DNA from: Tubulanus polymorphus
Lineage: Eukaryota > Animalia > Nemertea
Assembly (NCBI RefSeq): GCF_964204645.1
Contig: NC_134029.1
Span: 21,322,950 to 21,386,949, forward strand
DNA length: 64,000 nucleotides
Reading direction: 5' to 3'
Both the position numbers and the translations under genes were made by a program. This document shows positions 12,326 to 24,894 of the stretch, one piece after another (the stretch's first letter is position 1; each line of letters begins with the position of its first letter). The notes beneath the pieces are model-generated. The model saw only the letters and a program-made list of their open reading frames with translations. It searched no databases and had not been told where the DNA came from.

Positions 12326-15300
12326 TATTGCAAATATCATCGTTACCAGCAGAATTAAGGTTATTTCGCCTTAAAGTTTTTTTTCGCACGTTTTAGGTGA
12401 AATCAATTGAAACTGGATATTTTTAAACTAAAAACTACCGTGGAATTTTATGTCGGCGAGATGATCCTTGCAGGCAACGCCTTCAGATTTTCTGGACCTT
12501 TTACGTAAAATCAACGAAAAATGGCAAAAATCTTTTAAAGGTTAGAATTACCTTGTTAATCAGGAGTGCTCGATAGTGAATATTGAAACCCGAGTTCAAC
12601 TCGCTCGGTGGTGATTCGAGTCTACTGAGGTTTTCGACGAGTGCGATTAGTGTGTGTGTGACTGTTAAATACTGTATGTGTTTGAGGAACTCTCAATCAT
12701 CTGATAAGCCGTACACAAATATTGAACAGCACCTCTCTGTCTTCAGCGCCGGCCACTGACTGATGAAGCATCATTAATTAATGACCTCTCAATCCATCTC
12801 TCTTCCCTGTCTCTCTTTCTGTCTCCAGTTTGCGGTTCGTTTGAATGAATCCGATTTCTCCTTGATGTCGCGTCCCCTCGGTATCGAATAGCCGACTTTA
12901 CGAACGGCACATGCGACCAGCGGATTTCTTGCGTCTCCGTAAAAATGTCTACAGACTTTTAACTTTTTTACAGGCAATTCCAAGAAATAGTCGCCAACTT
13001 CTTTGCAATATATATATATGTCCTTTACATTTTCTATTGTTAATTGTTTTGGTTCGTCTAGTCACAGGGGGTACTGAATACATACAAATATATAGTACCC
13101 GGGAATATCGGATGGTCTAAGCTACTGTTGACCCCCCAATCTTAAAAAACGAGCACCCGTGTTCTTGCATGGCCGGTGTAACGGTGAATTTCTTTCCGTG
13201 GCCTGGTCGTTAGAGAATACTTGCCGCATTACAAATCCCTCGGTTATTGTAAGATTGATGTCGGATTTTCGATTAGTGGAACCTAAGTAACGCAGTCGTT
13301 TTCTTCTTAATGGATCTTCGTTTTGAAAAAACTACTAGGTAGCGATATGGAAATGCATTAGTTCGAGGAGCCATTTACTAGAGCTGCTGCTGCCACCGCC
13401 TTAAGATTCGCTCCGTACAAAATGCATTAATTTGACGCCTTCAGTAGTTTCGTCGAAAAAATTCGCTGGCGAAATAAGACGGGGTAGAGTTATATAGCCG
13501 GGTATAGAGTCAGGAGCGATTACCATGGCGATCATTGTGTCGTTTTTCATCGACTAGATCATTAGCGGACGAAAAATAGTTTGCCGTTTGAAATTCCGAT
13601 CCTTTGCGCCGAGCCCGGGAATCAAATACATTTGTAGAAAATATAACGCAGCGCGCGCGCGCCGGCGCTAATGGAAATATTAATATTTTGATGGCGAATA
13701 TAATCGCTTACAATCAGGCTTCTATTCATCGGTAGCGGCTAATGGATGTATTTGGGTGGTTCGCACGTGTTTCGGGCGTCTGTGGCGACTTAAAGCAATA
13801 AACGGCGATGTGACGATAATGACGACGACAATTGAATCGTACGGGCGAAAATTCGGCGGATTTTAAGCGATTCTACAATCGACACCCATTATAAGTAAGT
13901 CTCGTCGAGTCTTTGAAATCGTACGCTTTTATTTCGAAATGCTTTTAATATATTTGTTTAGGGTGTGACTTGCAATGGATTTGATCGATCGCGGCATTAT
14001 GCGCGCCGAGTATTTCTGAATTTATGTATTTGTGAAATATTTTATCCACGGTTGTGAATTTGATGTAAAAAAAGAAAAAACAAGAAAAGATCGCCCAGGT
14101 TCATTGTTCCAGATTACGGTTTATACATTTTTCTTTCAAATTTCTCTGGAACTGAAAAGTCATTCGGTGTAGTTTTATCGAATATACAAAATAAAGCCAA
14201 AACTATAAAGGGCTACAATATCTATTTTCAGAAGTTTTTAGCTTTTATTTGCCACAGTTTTTATGTTTACCCCGGCGGCCAGTCCGGACACTTAATTTTA
14301 ACCGAGCTAGGCGATTAAGATTTAGAATCGATACATTTTCTTCAATACCGTTTTGCTCATTTTCTATTTTTCTTTAAGTTTGTGATATTGTTGTGTTTAA
14401 ATCTGGAAGGTCGCTCGCTCCTGTTCCCTGTTTAAATCAAGCTCGAACTGAGCAGATTTGTGTTAGAACATCCCCGTGCCCGGTTCAATTGTGGCTTAGA
14501 CTTTCGACCGATCTAATAGACCTTCATTTTCGCTGAATTCTTGTTTTAGAACTGATTTCAAACACAATTCTCAATTCATCCGTTATTTCATTTTCATCAT
14601 TTCCGACGCGAACAAAAAATGAGTAACCGGTTCTTAACTGAGGCTGAGCGGAGGTCGGTTGCATGTTAGACGACAGTTTGTTAGGAATGTCCACCTGTCA
14701 TCGTAAATATCTTAACAATCACAACCGGCCCTGTGATTACCGGCATTGCCCCCAGGGGGTGCTGGTTAATGAACGTTGATTAAAGGCGCCTGGAGCGTTG
14801 GTCATTACTCCGCCCCCTAGCTGCGGGGTCCGGGGGCCTTGTTGTAATGTTGACCGTTTGACGCACGCTCCACTAGCGAATGATAGACGATTTATCACCA
14901 CTATTTATAAAAGCAGATGATGTTTCGGACGGGCTTTGTGTCGCAGAAGTCGGTTCTATTGTGCGGAGATAGCGATCTTGTGTTTGCGGTGACATTTCTT
15001 ACGTAAAGTCTTGTCCTCCCCAAAAATAATTTATTTCGTCGTTTTCTCATTTCCTTCCGAGCAAAAATTCGGATGCCAGTATTTCCTATAAAATCGGAAT
15101 TAATATAGAAAAAAACATTTTTTGTTAATCAGCTAGGGTTACCAGTGAGTGTGTATATATTTATATTCTTCTTTTCAATCGAAAATTATATCTAAAAATG
15201 TGCGTAAAAATCCGGCGATCGGGCAGTGCTGCCACCAGCTGTGAGAAGCTGGCACTAAAACGAGCATCACGCTGACACAAATCTTAGCTGACACAACTTG

Positions 15301-16146
15301 TACATAATATCTTAGCTGAACATATCATAGGTTTATATTCGATACACCTGAAGAGTCTCGTGGTTTCTGAAATTATCTTAATCATGAATCCAATACGCAT
15401 TTCGCTCGGTAGACCAGCACTATACACCAGACGTAAAGAGAATCGGGTGCATTTTTTTTGGTCGTCGACAAATCGCCGGCTTAAACAGGAGGCCCCGAGG
15501 ACAGGAAACCGAAATCTGGCGTAATGTCTCCCGATTTGCGGCGTATTTTTCTCGAGCGAAACTAAAAGCGAAAATGAAAATGGTTGCATGTTTGAAACGC
15601 ATGAGTGACGAGGCCCCGCGGCTAATATCCCGTTTAACGTCGTCATAAACATTGTATCCAGTACAATTAATGTTCCCGAGATGACATCTCGCGACAAATT
15701 ATCGCGACTATTTTGCGGTAATTATCCCGCTAGAAATGCCCGGTTATTGTCGGCGGTGGAGTTATCGTCGCGCGAAGATTGCTGGCTAGTTTCGAAAATG
15801 TCGTCGAGCCCTCGGGGGTTTGTTGCGTGGGTTCCTGCGCGCCTAATCAATCCTTCAACTCCTAATAAACCCGCACCTATAGACTTTTCTTCACATTTCC
15901 ATGCCCTACTCTCGTTCGTTTTCACTGGAAATCGTCAACTGCACAAAGTCACTCCCCTCCATATAACACGCATTAAGAAAAAGTACATATAAAACTTCCG
16001 TTGTTAATTTCTTATCTAATGAATTTCGGGATATGTTCTTGTCGATCCAACCCAGGGGTTCCCATTATTACAATTACCACCAATTTCTCTTATCCATCTC
16101 TTTAACACGTCTAACTCCTCTTCCCACAGTCACTCGGTAGCCCTGG

Positions 16147-16702
16147 CTATCTCTATACGACGACTCTCTATCTGTATACGACGACTCTTTATCTCTATAC
16201 GACGACTCCCTATCTCTATACGACGACTCTTTATCTCTATACGACGACTCCCTATCTCTATACGACGACTCTTTATCTCTATACGACGACTCCCTATCTC
16301 TATACGACGACTCCCTATCTCTATACGACGACTCTCTTTCTCTATACGACGACTCCCTATCTCTATACAACGACTTTCTATCTCTTTACGACGACTCTCT
16401 ATACGACGACTCTCTCTATACGACGACTCTCTATCTCTATACGACGACTCTCTATCTCTATACGACGACTCTCTATCTCTATACGACGACTCTCTATCTC
16501 TATACGACGACTCTCTATCGCTATACGACGACTCTCTATCGCTATACGAAGACTCTCTATCTCTATACGACGACTCTCTATCTCTATACGACGACTCTCT
16601 ATCTCTATACGACGACTCTCTATCTCTATACGACGACTCCCTATCTCTATACGACGACTCTCTATCTCTATACGACGACTCTCTATCTCTATACGACGAC
16701 TC
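16147..16702. repeat. 21-bp minisatellite, about 26 copies
   Basis: Unit ctatctctatacgacgactct with few variants; two shortened units near 16385-16420. Confidence 0.97.
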
Positions 16703-18977
16703 GTGGTTCATAGTCCACAAACGGTAATTTTGCGTAGAGCAAAAAAGAGTGCATACAAAATGATGTGATGCTACTAGACTGACACAGAAAACAATGGCTC
16801 TAAGAATATAAAGATGGAGAACGTAGATGTAGAGATGTAAAATATTTCAAACCTTTTCTAATATGTAGTATTTAAGTTTCTTTGAGTTGCTCCTATATGG
16901 AGTTCAAAAGTCGACAAAGTTATAGATATTTTCGTGTTTTTCTGTAATACGATTTCGTGTGCAGGTTTCATGTCAGAAAAAAAGGAACTATGTTCTTCAA
17001 TCTCCTCTCCTGTCTTTATGACATCGGTTCTATGTTTAAACCAAGGTATTTTCAGGGTGGAGTTGTTCCTATTCGATATTTTACGATAGTTGACTTGTGG
17101 GGAATATGATCTCTGCTGTAGTTATTGCCAGTTGAAACTGATAGCGTGCAACTTCGCCGCTTCAGTTTAGCGTCGTTTTCTTTTGAGAATTCCCCGGGTG
17201 AAAGTCAAACATATATTTGCGTCTATATAACGGGGCTATTTTTGAAAATGACACATCGAATTGCCGGGGTGTTTATGCCGGTATATGCGCTCGCGAAATG
17301 AAATCTGATCCGAGTTCACCCGACGTCGCTGTAACGATCACATTAAAAATCGCTGATCAAATAAACCCGATTGATTCTCGACACCGATTCGTGTCCGGTT
17401 ACCTTTCACTATTCGCTATTTCCAATTCGATTTTCTCACATCAGCTCGGTCGCTATCTGTGTAGACGATCTATATAAAAACTGATGTAATTGTGTATAAA
17501 TAACCGATTCTGCAATACTAAACCCGGCACCTAATCGTCTGCTATTACCCTTCTAAACATCTCTACACTCCGTCTCGAATCAGCGAATTTTCTAGATGAT
17601 ATTTCGTGATTTTATTTTCCCTCGTAACTCGTATTTATATATTATTTTTAGCGACTGTTATATGTATTCTGTCACCCCTTTTTTACATGGAGTTTAGTGA
17701 CGTCATCCGTCGTCGTCGGAAGAAAAAACCCGGAATCGATCTGAAACGCGATAAAAATTGTTTCATTGTTTATGTTTACGGGTTCGTTATTAGATTTGAT
17801 CAAATGCGACACAAAAGCCGACGGTTTGCACGCGCGCATACTTCTAAATGCGATCGATCCCGGCGCTTTTCTGATATATATATATACTATCCTGGTACTT
17901 GTGACTTTTATTCGTTGGCCTCCAGCTTATATTCTGAAACGATCAATTCGCCTGTAATAACCGTTCAGAATATTCGCTAAAATTGCCACGTACATCCAAC
18001 ACCGTTTTCAACTATAGCGCAGTTTTCCAGTTTCGACCGCCAAAGGTGTTTAATTCTTTCGAGATTCCTAGTTCGATTATTTGTCGGCGACCTCGTGAAA
18101 TTTGCGGTTTATCGACTGTGATATGTGATATTTTCGATGTTATTTTGAGATATTACCACGATCGATGCTTGATTTTGGGTGTAGGCCTATTTTCTCAGGG
18201 TTGATAAACACAAACAAACAACGCGATTGATTCGTAATTCTTTTCCTGCGATTACTTGCAGGTTTAGATTGGTTTTTTCTGTCTCTCTCGACAGGGATGT
18301 ATAGTAGATTGTTTTTAAAAAAGCCGAACGTATCGCAGAGCTGAGAAATACTGATTTGATTTGTTAGATGCGTAGAGAAATACTGAGGGTTTTACTGTTG
18401 ATTACTGATTGATTTAAACAGAAATATGAACGATATTACTGAAGGTCTTACTATTGATTACTGATTAATTTGAACATTTTCTTTCATTTTTCAGTGAAAT
18501 GTTACTGAAAAAATTAAATTTGTTACTTATAGCACTTTTAAAAGACAGGTTGGCAGCACTGCGTATGCCTGGTTTTCGAGTGAGGCATATTTTGTTTCAC
18601 TGTTACAAATCGCCAATCATTTTGTTGAATTATCATTATTCTAACAGTCAGGTGTCAATTATCTGAAGTTAATGAATTTTTACGTTTTCACCGTGGAGGC
18701 TTCCACAAATTGTGGGTGTTGGCTGCCTGATGATTAAAACGTATAAAACATCTCGCCTATTTTGTTTATAACGCATCTCGCTTATCTGACCTGGAGGCAT
18801 ATCATCATCAGCGCTAAAAAAAACTATTCACCAATCCGATTTGATTCCGTGATTACGAAAAAAGAAATGTTTCGGGTTACATTAAAAAAGACATTTTCAT
18901 TTTCTATAGGTTTGAGTAACGGATCCGGGCGCTTTGTGTGGAAACTTCCGGCACCGCGCCTACGAACGATTTACAAT

Positions 18978-19437
18978 TCCTCCCTCAGCAGGGATTCGAA
19001 CCTGATGGCATCGCGAGACTCAGCCACGGCATGAAACCCTGGGCGAACTTCAGTTAGCGGAGTTAGTCGACTTTATAGTCGTACTAAATGAAACCGAATG
19101 TCAGTTAGTCGAAACTATAGTCTTGAAATGGGACTGAGCCTGATCGCTCTAATACGGGCCTATTTCCAAGATGGCCGACACTATGAAATACTCGTTCGGA
19201 AATTAGTTCCGACTACTATTCGAGACATAGCTTCTAAAAACGAAGTTCGACCCTGTCTGATTTCAGTGTCAGCTATCTTGGAACTGTAAGTCTGGTCTAC
19301 GGCGACCGTGCTCGATATCGTGGTTCACTACTTCCGGCTTAGCAAATAGTCGGCTAACTCCGATAACCGAAGTTCGCCCTGGGTTTCGTGCCTTGGCCGA
19401 GTCTCGCCATCAGGTTCGAATCCCAGCCGAGGGAGGA
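18978..19437. mobile_element. Palindromic tRNA-like element (family D) with a MITE inserted at its centre
   Basis: Arms 18978-19039 and 19381-19437 are near-perfect reverse complements; each contains GGTTCGAATCCC. Confidence 0.85.
19042..19378. mobile_element. Harbinger-like MITE with CTG target duplication
   Basis: TIR ggcgaacttcagttagcggagttagtcgact / agtcggctaactccgataaccgaagttcgcc; CTG at 19039-19041 and 19379-19381. Confidence 0.85.
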
Positions 19438-19872
19438 TGGAATTTATTAACGACGAATTCATCTACAGTTTCTCTAATAATTGTCATTAATAACGTTACA
19501 CCGTCAATAATTCAAACACGTCGACTCTATGCATGTTCAACCGCGAACAGATGGCCTCGGTAATTATTCATACGATATGATATACTGTTACAAATAGAAC
19601 GATTGACCAGTCGGTTCGCCCATGACCGATTGACCAGTTATATCATTAAGGTAATGAGTACCGTTGATTAGTTAGTTTTGTCAGTATCTTATGACTAATT
19701 TAAACCGCGGCCGATGCGCGCAGGGGATATGAGTCGACGGTCTTTGTAAAACAATTAACGTATATGACACTTTAGTCATTAACTCTACACGCGTGGACTC
19801 CTCGACTTCACGCGGAATCGCTCAATTCTGATGTATAACCTGTATTATGAGCTTGAAATCATATGCACCCTA

Positions 19873-19985
19873 TCCTCCCTCGGCGGGCGGGGATTCGAAC
19901 TTCGTGGTATATCGCGACTGTCACCATGCCGTGCGCAGCTGAGTCTAGCGATACCATCGGGTTCGAATCCCTACCAAGGGAGGGC
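19873..19985. mobile_element. Family D palindromic element, uninterrupted diverged copy
   Basis: tcctccctcggc..gggattcgaac ... gggttcgaatccc..gggaggg; same layout as the outer arms of 18978-19437. Confidence 0.75.
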
Positions 19986-22416
19986 ACGGTGAAATTTGCA
20001 TTGCATCCCCGATACATGTGTAAATCTTACGGGCAAACGGTAAATTCTCGATATATGCCATCTAGTGATTAATACACATGTATTAGCCGTATAATTCGCC
20101 TATGATTGAATTCGGGAGAACGAGGTTGATACATTTTAGGCGAATTTGGAGCGAAGACTGATTCGCTGCATAAAATCGCCGATATAACGATCACACGATT
20201 CTCACAATATATGTATTGTTTTCGTAAGTGACACAATGGGCGGATTTGGTAATCGCCGATTGAAAATTAGGCAATGATATCACTCGCGTCTCCTGGCACA
20301 CATGGAAAATTCGGCAGGCAAAAATCGAATCGCCGACTAAATTCGCCTCGTCCGTCGCGGGTTTAGAGGTTGGGCTTCGGAAACACGATTCTCACTCTGT
20401 CGCTCTCGCCACAACTACTGAATTGAACAGTAAGATCGGCTAATGTTTTATACATTTATTCCTCATAAATCATTTATTTCTCGAGTTATCCGGCGACTGT
20501 TCGCAGCAGCAGCGGCAGCCGCAGCCATTCTTCTATAAATGATCAGTCCAATTCTCGGGGTCTTGTCAGCGTCTGTATTTCAGTGTGAGTTGCATTAATT
20601 CCATTTACATTGAACAAAGAATGCTACGCTAGTTAAATCGTCATCGGTTGATTGGCCGGCTGAGATTAGACGAGAATCGAATCGTCGACGAGTCCGTGTT
20701 AATTCTGCAATTGTTTTAGGCGGCGGCGCGGGATGATGGAATGGTTGTCGGTGAGGTCGTCTTAGCGTACGGAGGCTGTTAAACAATTAGGCAGTGTTGA
20801 AATTTCATTAGTTCGCCGCGCGACGACAAATTGTGGGTCCACTTTGATGGTTTCGCGGACGTCGCAAATTGACAAGTCGACGAATTTGCGTCCGATAGAA
20901 TGTCAACTTCCAACCGATGGTGGATAGATTTGATATAGAGCAGCCGGGGTCGAGGGAAGCGAGTGGATGCAGCAAGGGTGGGGGGTATATTCGGCGTCTT
21001 GGAGAATGTTTATCTTTGAGGCATTTTATTTAGCAAATGGATTTATGTTTTATTTTTCATTGTCTGATTAAAAGTTCCCATAATGTTAGTCTTTCGGAGG
21101 ATCGGAATATCCAATAGGCCATTCCTCAAATATACCCACAGCCGGTTCTGGCTGGTTTCTAAATTGTTCAAACGAACTGGACCCGAAATTTCCAAAAGCC
21201 TTCCTTCGACTTGAAAAGAATTATGTAAATTCGACCGATCTGTACTTCACGATTTCCGATTTTGAAATCGAAGCCCCTGTTTCGTTCCAGGCACTGGTGA
21301 GTTTGTAGGAAATACAAATCTCAAATCGAAATTTATCAATCAATAGAATTGATACAAAGGGCCAATTCGCTATTTCGCAATAAGAAAAACCCAGTTCCTC
21401 GAATCCGCATGAGATCATCGATAAGATGACGGTCGTTTGAAATGTGTAAACGTCAATGTCGAGTCGTTTTATTTAGATTGGTGAGATCGGGGCCAATTCG
21501 TATTTTTGCTAAGTTGATTATGTTGAACTGAGTGATTATTCAGTGTATTCATTGTTTAAACTGCGTTCAATCTATCGCTACTCGTTCATACGATACTGAT
21601 CAAATTTCATTAGCAAATTTGCGCAGAAAGTTTAAAACGCATCAATCTCGTCGATGCTTCAGACTTTCGGTGAAGTCAATCTTCATTCATCTTCGAAGAC
21701 CAGGTTTTCAGCGAGGATATATCTATTCCGTCATTTCCACTGTCCGATTCTCGTCGCTCTATCAAATGAACATTACCCCGGAACATTCCCAATTATACGC
21801 TTTATCTTAAAACCCTTTTAAAATATAGCGCCGGGTTGAGGTCAACTCGTCAACGGAAGCGTCGGGTGCGCAATTTCGGTAGATGGTTGTTGGTTTACAG
21901 GACGACTTGACTCATGCTGTTGCTGCGGGACGTGAAGAGTCTCAGTATTTCTTCACGGTATCCATTATCGTCGGGCAGGTTTTTGAGTATGCTTGACTGA
22001 ATATCTGTTGTTGACGGACGTGTCAACACTAACTGTCGCCGCGCAGTATAAACTCGTGTCTATCAGTATAGCCGGGCTTTTTTTCTCTCTGTTTTTCGCT
22101 TTCTGCATCTCGTCTGCGCTGCTGGAACTGTCGAAGAGAGCTTTTAGCGAAGGATGTGGCGCATCGATCCAGTATTAAGTGTTCCATTAAAAATCCAATA
22201 GTTGCCAAACATGGAGTCGTTGCCGCCGTCGCTACTGCAGCGCGTCGTGTGCGAAGTTTGTTCCGTCTGACTTTCAGCTGATCGTCAGTCGATCGCAATA
22301 CTTCAATTCATCGATGTTTATCGAGGTTCGAGCCCGCGGTGGTTTTTAGCTTCCGGCACACCCCGATACCCGCCTGGTGTTGATATTAGCGGTTAGTATG
22401 ATTCGTTAAAACGCGT

Positions 22417-22605
22417 TCCCTCGCAAGTCATGATCCATTTACTATCTTCCCTCGCATGTCATGGTCCATGTATAACTCCCTTCCCTCGCAAGTCCTGGTC
22501 CAAGTACTCCCTTCCCTCGCAAGTCATGGTCCATGTACTCCCTTCCCTCTCAAGACCTGGTCCATGTACTCCCTTCCCTTGTAAGTCTTCATCGATGTAC
22601 TCTCT
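22417..22605. repeat. 31-bp minisatellite, about 6 copies
   Basis: Unit ttccctcgcaagtcatggtccatgtactccc. Confidence 0.92.
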
Positions 22606-23144
22606 TCGTTTGTCGAGTCCGCGGTTGAAAACGTATATTAATTAGCGATCTCCACTAAAAAGACTATAGTATACTTAGTATACTGCTGAGGCAGAATTCA
22701 GCTGCCACGAATAAGAAGCGATATGCTGTGTATATGAAATGAGCTGAATTCGTTTTTACCGCATCGCGTATTCAATGTGCGGTTTTACTAGTAAAGCCGT
22801 GGTGTAATCTCCGGCGTGCAGCTCCACGCAATTCAATCAGGACCCCGAAATCCCAGGTATATGCTTCAAAACCATTAACGTAATGAGAAATCGGTGCATG
22901 GTGTCACAGACGGCGAGAAGTCGGCAGTCAGACGATAGGGTCGGGGGGAGAGTGCTGCAAACGAGATGGATTGAATTTGAAACCATCAGTGAAATGTCGA
23001 TCGTTTTACGCAGTTTCCTTAATCGCTGGTATTTCTATTTGTCATTATGAACTCTGCACTGTATCGCTAAAAGTAATTTTTTTTTTGACGCCGTGAAAAC
23101 TGTTACAACAATGTTTATATACATTGATACCGATCTAGTATGCG

Positions 23145-23370
23145 GGGTTCTGTGTGAGCCTGTGCACTACGTCATCAATATTGGCGTTTTAAAAGAACAA
23201 TAACAATCCTGAATTTTGGTCTTTATTTTGTAATTGAATATATTTCATGATTCTTATGTTCTATTGAATTTATTTCTTTCGAATAGCTAGTTTTGAATGG
23301 ATGTGTCCTATACGTCATCAATACTGTGTCTAGCCTGTTTAGACTGGTTGCCGGTCAATTCAATTCAATT
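23145..23370 (-). repeat. Dispersed repeat family C, copy 2 (inverted)
   Basis: cactacgtcatcaatattggcgttt and ggttgccggtcaattcaa are near reverse complements of blocks in 11335-11570, in mirrored order. Confidence 0.7.
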
Positions 23371-24802
23371 GTCGATAATCCTTGATATTATATTATCGAT
23401 AGTATTAGGCAATATATATGTGTGTTATTTTTCTTCAAGACGTTAATTAATAGACCTTCAAGTTAGTTTTCTTGTAAAGTTCTTCAATGACTTTTTCGAA
23501 CTGTATATCGTACATAAATCATTTTTAAGGTGGTTTTTAAGCCGATCTGGCGTCGATTGCGTTCGCATTTTTATTGATAATTAATGCGCATCATATCCTC
23601 TAGATTTCCATCCATCAATTGTTTCAAGTATCGCAAGGACGATTCATCATGTCGGCGAACGCGTTCTCCAGGTACAGATTGGAGAATCTCGCGAAATCTC
23701 GCGAGAACTCGGAACGATCATCCGGTTCGCTTCGCGGTGTCTCCAGTCGCCGCTCATTATCTTCACGATCGGACCCTTGAGTAAAATGACAAAAATCAAC
23801 AAAATACAATTAATTATGCAAAAAGAAAGCTTTCGCGCCGATGTATTAGTGATTATGATGCATATTTTATAAGCGCCGAATGTTTATGTCGGTGAAGTCG
23901 ACGCGCGCACAAGATTTGCCTCGCCGCGAAAGTTTACAGAAACTGGTAACTGGTAAAGGATAAAAAGACAAAGAGCTTTTCTCTATTTTATGAAGCAAAG
24001 ATAGATGAAAGCTTATCCGTAATACTTCAATCGATGCGGTTAGAAATGTCGGGAGGTTCTGATATTTTTTTTCACTTAGCGACAGTTGCGTTGGTGTATG
24101 ACTTTATTGAAATAAATATCTCTAGGGTTTTTGAAAAATATGTTCGCTACGTCATTGCGGTGTTTTGTCATCGCGCTATTTTTGCTTCGTAAATTCAGTC
24201 ATAAATGGACGTTTCACAACAAAGGTTCGGTAGTAAGGGAAAGTTTCCAGCGATGTAACGGTTAAGAGATAGATGCTCGGACCCCGGGGGTATTGGGGGC
24301 TATTCTGCGGAAATCTGAACGAAACCTATTCTCAGTTGTTACATTAACGTATACCCTCTATTGTGTTCATCAGCTGTCAGTTTCAGTATTATGTCTCACA
24401 GTCCCTGCGGCCCGCTATCTCGCAGATAGGGCACCTTTAATTGCATCAGTAAACAGCCAGAGGTGAACATGTCACTTTCACCAGCAACATTGTTCACGGC
24501 GAAATCCATTAAAGACAAATTTCAGTCAACACTCTTCACAGTAACGCTCCGATATTGTGTGATTGCAGTTCGTTTCTGTGTACATAAATTAGTTTTAAAT
24601 GGTTCTCTATAAATCCAGCCTCTTGGCTTTCGGGAACACCGGTGTATTGACTATAAGGAGGAGAGTGATGTCTGGCTTTACATCGAGTGTCGCGCCTTGA
24701 CTCAGTCAGGGTTTACGTAAAACCAACGGTGAAAGATACACACTTCGGTGCACAACGTACACGTATATTAATCAGTAAGCTTTAATATTTGATGTTTTTC
24801 AG

Positions 24803-24894
24803 AAATGAAGGAATGGGAAAGCAGGATGTCTCTGGTCGCGCGATTTCCTCAAGATTACTGGAATAAAGTGCAACTGTACTTCCGCGAAAAATGA
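24803..24894 (+). CDS. SCAPER: SCAPER terminal coding exon with stop codon
   Basis: Acceptor gatgtttttcag|AA; (E)MKEWESRMSLVARFPQDYWNKVQLYFREK*, TGA at 24892-24894. Matches the SCAPER end motif L..RFPQ..W..A..FF. Confidence 0.92.

Noticed and set aside
15284-15992. Overlapping 137-aa and 103-aa ORFs
   Set aside because: No recognisable homology; intronic CpG-rich sequence.
16147-16702. CRISPR-like array
   Set aside because: Units are contiguous with no unique spacers, there are no cas genes and the context is a eukaryotic intron. The same applies to the 22417 and 61674 arrays.
19381-19437. Functional tRNA gene
   Set aside because: Has a B box and an A-box-like word but no room for an anticodon arm, no clear acceptor stem and no T-run terminator; it is one arm of a palindrome.
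24862-24867. AATAAA as the SCAPER poly(A) signal
   Set aside because: It lies inside the coding sequence (Asn-Lys codons); cleavage there would fall at or before the stop codon.
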